A stretch of 64,000 nt of DNA from assembly GCA_049799415.1 (NCBI GenBank), contig JBARHV010000127.1:5031-69030 (forward strand), given 5' to 3'. Position 1 is the stretch's first letter. Every line of letters begins with the position of its first letter. The DNA comes from Silvibacterium sp. (GTDB taxonomy: Bacteria; Acidobacteriota; Terriglobia; Terriglobales; Acidobacteriaceae). Of the stretch, positions 58,581 to 64,000 are shown one piece after another. Below the pieces are notes generated by a model. The model did no database searches. It was not told where the DNA came from and saw only the letters and a program-made list of their open reading frames with translations. The translations under genes and the position numbers were made by a program.

Positions 58581-59157
58581 AATCGCGGCACCTTTCGTGT
58601 GCGTAGTTCCGCCCTAAACAGACCCGTGATAGATAGTACGCAAGTCTAATATGATTAACGCAAGAAATGAAAACATTTCCTTCAAATCGATAATTCCAGC
58701 CAAATCCATTGGAGGTCCGCCTGACAAGATTCGGTTCCACGTAGTGAACCCAGCTTCTGGACGCGAACCGATGCCGCAAGAACGTCCTCGAACCCGGCAA
58801 CCGTCGTCACCGTATCACGGAGGTCCGCTTTCTTGTACAGCTTTGACCATTGTTCGTGATTCACGAACAAACAGAAAATGCGAACAAGCAGTTTGCTCGC
58901 TATAAAGATGTCAGGAGTTCAAAGCCGCCTGACTCCGCGCCAGAACCGTCATGGATTCAGAAACGACTCTAACTCACAGGATTCCTGTCTGCTACTCCAG
59001 ATCACTCTGAGCAGGCAACGCCGTATTCATCCGGCAGAGTCAGGGCAGCGCGGAAAGACGCATCACTATTCGCATCCAGGAGATTCGGTGGAGGCACCTT
59101 GATCAGAAGAGGAAAGAAATCACGGTTGCAAGCTCGAGTCGTGATATTTTTACTAAT

Positions 59158-59478
59158 TCACTTTCCGACGAACAGGGCGTTTATCATCCGTACCGCTTGC
59201 TGCAGTTCCTTTGTATCCCTCTTTCCGAGGATGGTAAATAGCATCTGACGAAGGATAACCGGATCCACTTCTTCAGATTCGAACTCAAAGAAGGCCGCGG
59301 GAGGCACCGAATTTGCCTTTGCCAGTTCGACAATAACGTCGAGGGCCGGCCACTTCTCGCCTCGTTCTAATTCACCGAGATAACCTGAGCTAATTTTGGC
59401 AGATTCTGCTATTGAGGCCCTGGAGCGCTTCCCTCGAATGGAGCGTAGCCTTTTTCCAAATAAGGTCAGATTATCCAT
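59158..59478 (-). CDS. XRE-family HTH regulator
   Basis: FGKRLRSIR...ISSGYLGELERGEK. Confidence 0.85.
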   Translation of the reverse strand: MDNLTLFGKRLRSIRGKRSRASIAESAKISSGYLGELERGEKWPALDVIVELAKANSVPPAAFFEFESEEVDPVILRQMLFTILGKRDTKELQQAVRMINALFVGK

Positions 59479-59580
59479 CAGTGTATGCAGACTAGCGAGA
59501 GGAGAGCCGTTGAAGAATAGGCTGCTAGCCTCTATTTAGGTTGCAAAAATTGGCTTTTAGCTTTAGATTGACGGTGGGAC

Positions 59581-59865
59581 TTACTGACAGTCATCGGAAG
59601 GCCACGCAAACAGCTTTGACGCTTGAGTGTCTTTAACCAATGTCCAGCCGTCGATTTCGAGACCTTTAGCAATCCGGAAGATGGTGATCAGGCTTGGACA
59701 CTGAATTCCTCGCTCTAAATCGCTTATGAATGTTCGATCCAAACCGGTAGCGACGTGCAAGTTCATCTGGGACATTTTTCGTCGCTTCCGAGCCGTTCGC
59801 ATCGCTTGTCCGAACGCCTTCTCGACGCCAGACTGAGGTTGAATTTGTTTGCGACGCTTCGCCAT
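59581..59865 (-). CDS. XRE-family HTH regulator (controller-protein-like)
   Basis: FGQAMR..R..MSQ..L...GLDRTFISDLERG..PSL.TI. Confidence 0.85.
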   Translation of the reverse strand: MAKRRKQIQPQSGVEKAFGQAMRTARKRRKMSQMNLHVATGLDRTFISDLERGIQCPSLITIFRIAKGLEIDGWTLVKDTQASKLFAWPSDDCQ

Positions 59866-60047
59866 TCCGGTTCTTATCGTCTCGATATGTCGGCAATAGG
59901 CCAACGGGCAATTACCGACATTTGCAGGGCTAGACCGTGGAGTGGCGAGTTGCGGTGCCCGAATCACTTATCAACAGAGCTGTTAATTTGTCGCGGTTCT
60001 GCGGCGATTTCTAACGGCGCGGGCTCTGTGAAGCCAGTGGCGCAAGC

Positions 60048-60785
60048 ATGAGTTCCGAAGCCGCTGCCTATTTTCCGGACGCGCTAGCCAGCCCCGCAGA
60101 GAGGCAAACGCCCTTTCGTACGGATCCTCAGCTTTCCACACTTAGCGACAAACGGGAACAGCTGGGGCCTGAAGCTGCCGAACCACCTGAAGTTCTGACT
60201 CCTCAAACGTCCGAAACCGATGAAGCGCTATTGGAACAAGTAGGCCGTGGAGTCAGGGAGGCCCTCGGATTACTCTTCCGTCGGCACGCGCGCTCGGTCC
60301 GAAGTGTTGCTCAACGTATCCTGCGGGATGAAGCAGAAGCGGACGATCTTGTTCAGGATGTATTTCTCTTTATCTTTCGCAAAGCGGCACTCTTCGATTC
60401 ATCCAAAGGATCGGCGCGGTCCTGGATCTTTCAGGTGCTTTATCACCGCGCCTTCAATCGCCGCCATTATTTAACTGCGCACCAGCACTACCGGGCGCTT
60501 CAATTGGATGAAGAGATTCTTGGCCCAGCAAGTTGTGCTGCGGATGCACCCAGATATGCTTTTGAAATCGACGGCATCTTGGGGCGGGAGTTATTGGCAA
60601 TATGCAAGAGCCATCTTTCCCCCGAACAACAAAAGACGATTGAGCTCTTCTTCTTCGAGGGATATACCCTGAAAGAGATTGGCGAGCAAACCGGCCAATC
60701 GCTCAGCAATGTCAGGAGCTATTATTATCGCGGGCTCGAACGGCTCCGTTCGTCCCTACTACCCGAAAAAGCGCGATCAAAGTGA
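60048..60785 (+). CDS. ECF sigma factor
   Basis: AEADDLVQDVFL, FD..KGSARSWI, FFEGYTLKEIG...RGLERLR. Confidence 0.92.
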   Translation: MSSEAAAYFPDALASPAERQTPFRTDPQLSTLSDKREQLGPEAAEPPEVLTPQTSETDEALLEQVGRGVREALGLLFRRHARSVRSVAQRILRDEAEADDLVQDVFLFIFRKAALFDSSKGSARSWIFQVLYHRAFNRRHYLTAHQHYRALQLDEEILGPASCAADAPRYAFEIDGILGRELLAICKSHLSPEQQKTIELFFFEGYTLKEIGEQTGQSLSNVRSYYYRGLERLRSSLLPEKARSK

Positions 60786-62080
60786 CAAGAATCGTTCACA
60801 ATGGCTCCAGGGAAGGAGCGGAAATGCCGTCGTCCGGTTCCCACGAAGAATTCGTCCAGCTCTGTGCGCTCTCGACATCCGGAGAGCTGACTGACGAAGA
60901 GTGGCGCCGACTGGAGGAACATCTGCTCGACTGCCCCTCGTGCCGGGAGGCCAAGCGGCAGTATGAATCCATTGTCGCGGATGCACTTCCTGTATTAGCC
61001 GAGGTTTCACGTTCGGGGCAGGGAATTGAGAACGATCCCTCGCATTGGTCTGTCGAGCATGCTGAAGCGTCGTTGATGTCGGCCCTCGATGCCAAACCAA
61101 CCGCTTCTGCCGGACCGCCAGCAGGGCTATCTAAAAAGCCTGCTTCGACGCATCTGCGGTCCTATTTGCTAGCGGCTATCGTCCTATTGTGTGGCGGCGC
61201 AGTTCTTCATTTCGCTCTGAACTACTGGCGACACCAATCACCAAGGCATGTCCGTAATCAGACCGCCAAAGTCGTTCCAGTTCGGACCCCTGCAACCCCT
61301 GATAAAACGGAGCAACTGCAACACACCATTGCGCAGAACGAAACTGAGATCGCTCGCCTTCGGGTGGCCCTACAGGATCGTTCGACGAAGATGGATCGCC
61401 TCAATGCAGAAGAGAGCCGGCTGCAACAGGAGTTGGCGGCCCGCACCGACACTCTTACTGCCATGAAGCAGCGGACTGCGGACCCCGAAGGACAACTGGC
61501 ATCCGCGCACACCGAGTCGGCGGGATTGCAGGCCAAACTAGACGACGCCGAAAAGCAACAAAGCGAGAATGCCAGTCAGATTGCGGCCCTGCAAAACAAG
61601 ATCGCCGTTCTCAACGTCGAGCTTCGAGAAGGTGACCAGGAGGTATCGCGAGATGAAGTGCTCCTCGCGCACGATCGCGACATCCGGAACCTCATGGGCG
61701 CCCGCAACCTATATATAGCGGAAATCTACGACAGCGCGAAAAACGGCAAAAACAAGAAGCCGTTTGGACGGGTCTTCTATACCAAGGACAAATCCCTGAT
61801 CTTTTATGCCTATGATCTAGATCAACAGCCCGGAGTGGAAAACACGAGCACCTTCCAGGCGTGGGGCTCGACCGGAACAAGCGATCATGATATCAACCTT
61901 GGGCTCTTTTATCGCGACAATTCGGATAATAAGCGCTGGATACTAAAATGCGATGACCCGCAAACCATCGCCAGCCTCAATGCGGTGTTCGTGACCATCG
62001 AGCCGAAAGGCGGAAGCACCAAGCCCACCGGCAAGATGCTCCTCTTCAGCTATCTGCGAGTCAACCCCAACCACCCATAG
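60782..62080 (+). CDS. Anti-sigma factor (zinc-binding HxxxCxxC, TM, coiled coil, RskA-like C-terminus)
   Basis: HLLDCPSC, one TM, heptad region, VFVTIEPKGGSTKPTG. Confidence 0.85.
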   Translation: MTRIVHNGSREGAEMPSSGSHEEFVQLCALSTSGELTDEEWRRLEEHLLDCPSCREAKRQYESIVADALPVLAEVSRSGQGIENDPSHWSVEHAEASLMSALDAKPTASAGPPAGLSKKPASTHLRSYLLAAIVLLCGGAVLHFALNYWRHQSPRHVRNQTAKVVPVRTPATPDKTEQLQHTIAQNETEIARLRVALQDRSTKMDRLNAEESRLQQELAARTDTLTAMKQRTADPEGQLASAHTESAGLQAKLDDAEKQQSENASQIAALQNKIAVLNVELREGDQEVSRDEVLLAHDRDIRNLMGARNLYIAEIYDSAKNGKNKKPFGRVFYTKDKSLIFYAYDLDQQPGVENTSTFQAWGSTGTSDHDINLGLFYRDNSDNKRWILKCDDPQTIASLNAVFVTIEPKGGSTKPTGKMLLFSYLRVNPNHP

Positions 62081-62177
62081 AATTCATTTTTCTTTCTATA
62101 TTCCTGTCACAAATTGCAAGGCACGACTGTAAACAGGGTGACGCACCACCATCTTCATCCATTTGGAGTGCCAGCCC

Positions 62178-64000
62178 TTGAAGCATTTGTGTGCCTACGC
62201 CCTTCTATTCCTCAGCATCGCAACCGCAACATGCCTGTTCGCTCAGTCCACGAGCGCAACGATCAGCGGCATCGTGACCGATCCAGCCGGTCGTGCAATT
62301 CCTCAGGCGGACATCGTCATGGTGAATGACGGCACCGGTCTGCAATATCCGAGCAAAACCAATGGAGTAGGAATCTATTCCATCCCGATCCTCCCTCCTG
62401 GCCGTTACCACATGCAGGTGTCCAAGGTCGGTTTCAAAACGGTCATCAAGCCAGACATTATCCTGAATGTTCAAAGCGCGCTCGGCGTCAACTTCAACCT
62501 TCCAGTGGGCGCAGCCTCGGAAACCGTAACTGTGCAGGTAGGCAACTCGCTCCTGAACACGACCGACGCATCTGTCAGCACTGTCATCGAGCGCAAGTTC
62601 GTGCAGAACATACCCCTCAACGGGCGCAGCTTTCAGGACTTGATCTCCCTCACTCCTGGCGTTCTGACCCAGAGCCCCCAGACTCAATACCAAGAGCCGG
62701 GCGAGAATGGAGATTTCAGCGTAAATGGCCAGCGCACAGAATCAAACTACTACACCGTAGATGGGGTTTCCGCCAATATCAGCGCAGGATATCCATCCGG
62801 GGCTCCGCAGACGGCCACTGGCGGAGGTCTCGGTGCATCAACGGCGCTTGGAACCACACAAAGCCTCGTCTCTGTAGATGATCTACAAGAGTTTCGAGTT
62901 GAAAGCTCCACCTACTCGGCAGAATACGGCCGGAGCCCCGGCGGGCAGTTCGCTATCGTGACACGCTCCGGAACAAATATGCTGCACGGGAGCGCATTCG
63001 ATTACCTTCGCAATGACTATTTCGACGCGAACGACTGGTTCAACGACCATTATGGGGATCGAATTTCTCAATTGCGCCAAAACGATTTTGGTGGGACACT
63101 CGGCGGCCCGGTTGTTATCCCACGTGTTTACAGCGGGATCGGCAAGTCTTTCTTCTTCGCTTCTTACGAAGGTCTGAGGCTGACGCAACCTCAAGCCGCC
63201 ACGATCCAGTATGTCCCTGACACCTGTATGCGCCAAAATGCCCCCGCCGCTCTCCAGCCTATTCTCAACGCTTTTCCCATTCAAAACGGCATAGACTACG
63301 GGACCTGCAATTCTTCGGAGACGAATCCCAGCTTTGCACAATTCATTCAGCCATATTCGTTGCCAAGCAAGATCGATTCGACCAGCATTCGCGTCGATCA
63401 CACTTTTGCCCAGCCTTTGACTGTTTTCTTTCGATTTGCCGACACGCCAAGCTCGAGCTCGATGCGCTCTCTGTCGTCCCTAGCACAAAACAAGGTCAAT
63501 ACGAGGACCTATACCTTGGGGATCACGAATCAATTCTCGGGCAGGTTCGACAATGAGTTTCGGCTCGGATACGCCCAAGCAGAATCCACGCGTGCGTCTG
63601 CTCTCGATTCCTTTGGAGGGGCGACTCCGATTGATCTTGCGAGCGCTATGGGAATTAGCGGGTCCCCAAACGCAGAGCCTGTGTTTGACATGTCGTTTCT
63701 TGGCCTGGGACTTTCGGGGCTGGAAACAACACGCTCGGAGAATCAGGGGAGACAATGGAATGCCATTGACACCGCGAGCTTTCTTGCCGGCAGGCATCGA
63801 CTCAAGTTCGGTATCGATTACCGGGACGTCAAATCTCCTTTGATTCCGTCGTCTCCGTATGCATTTTCCCTATTCTTGACACCGGGCAGCGTGTTAGCCA
63901 ACGCTCCTTTGCTCTCCTCCATCCTCAAAACCGACACTTCCACGCCCATCTTTCATGAATTCGCGGCCTTCGTTCAAGACGACTGGCGTCTGCGCCCCAG
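62178..64000 (+). CDS. TonB-dependent receptor with carboxypeptidase-like regulatory domain; 3' end outside the window
   Basis: TTG start with GGAG ribosome-binding site, signal peptide, ISGIVTDP.G, IPLNGRSFQDL, VNGQR, EYGRSPGG, QNDFGGTLGGP; absent from the track because no stop lies in the window. Confidence 0.9.
   Translation, partial: MKHLCAYALLFLSIATATCLFAQSTSATISGIVTDPAGRAIPQADIVMVNDGTGLQYPSKTNGVGIYSIPILPPGRYHMQVSKVGFKTVIKPDIILNVQSALGVNFNLPVGAASETVTVQVGNSLLNTTDASVSTVIERKFVQNIPLNGRSFQDLISLTPGVLTQSPQTQYQEPGENGDFSVNGQRTESNYYTVDGVSANISAGYPSGAPQTATGGGLGASTALGTTQSLVSVDDLQEFRVESSTYSAEYGRSPGGQFAIVTRSGTNMLHGSAFDYLRNDYFDANDWFNDHYGDRISQLRQNDFGGTLGGPVVIPRVYSGIGKSFFFASYEGLRLTQPQAATIQYVPDTCMRQNAPAALQPILNAFPIQNGIDYGTCNSSETNPSFAQFIQPYSLPSKIDSTSIRVDHTFAQPLTVFFRFADTPSSSSMRSLSSLAQNKVNTRTYTLGITNQFSGRFDNEFRLGYAQAESTRASALDSFGGATPIDLASAMGISGSPNAEPVFDMSFLGLGLSGLETTRSENQGRQWNAIDTASFLAGRHRLKFGIDYRDVKSPLIPSSPYAFSLFLTPGSVLANAPLLSSILKTDTSTPIFHEFAAFVQDDWRLRP

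Larger units (their letters stand above)
16345..64000. mobile_element. Integrative conjugative element inserted at the tRNA-Glu 3' end; right boundary not seen
   Basis: Integrase convergent on the tRNA, excisionase, T4SS genes, coupling protein and relaxase candidate up to 35477, followed by accessory cargo. Extent beyond about 35.5 kb is inferred. Confidence 0.75.

Noticed and set aside
62205..63843. Several track ORFs near the right end
   Set aside because: Shadow frames of the TonB-dependent receptor that runs past position 64000.
35478..64000. Second att site (copy of the tRNA-Glu 3' end)
   Set aside because: No copy of TTCAAATCCCGTCGGGGACGCCA seen by eye; the boundary is probably beyond the window or degenerate.

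Overview
GC-rich bacterial chromosome segment, most likely Acidobacteriota (Terriglobia-like), judged from gene content and protein style. Positions 1-16.3 kb are mostly core genome: the end of a sugar transferase, a PIG-L deacetylase, rnhB, and the rpsP-khpA-rimM-trmD-rplS operon with an RHH/PIN toxin-antitoxin pair inserted in it. Then come an esterase, an SRPBCC-DinB-WYL module, an ATP-grasp/YbdK pair, an RND efflux pair and tRNA-Glu(TTC). A large integrative conjugative element (ICE) starts at the tRNA 3' end. Its backbone encodes an integrase, excisionase, orphan DNA methylase, VirB2/3/4/9/10/5/6/8, two SSBs, a Replic_Relax-type relaxase candidate, a candidate oriT, a coupling protein and VirB11. 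The cargo comprises NUDIX/Fpg/imuABC repair genes, an AbiEi antitoxin with an AbiEii-WYL-Zn-ribbon toxin, a membrane patatin, two phospholipase C-like enzymes, a ubiquitin-like operon (multi-Ubl, E2-E1, DUF6527), a divergent sigma-like/small protein/ImmA-IrrE triad, an IS110 scar, two XRE regulators, an ECF sigma/anti-sigma pair and a TonB-dependent receptor that runs off the end. I saw no second att copy, so the right boundary is unresolved. The strongest novelty candidates are the protease-controlled sigma triad facing the Ubl operon, the AbiEii-WYL fusion, a paired 42-bp promoter element linking excision and transfer genes, two homologous ~250-nt hairpins before the methylase and ssb genes, and a three-copy alternating motif bracketing cargo modules. 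All protein calls come from motif recognition by eye; no database searches were run.
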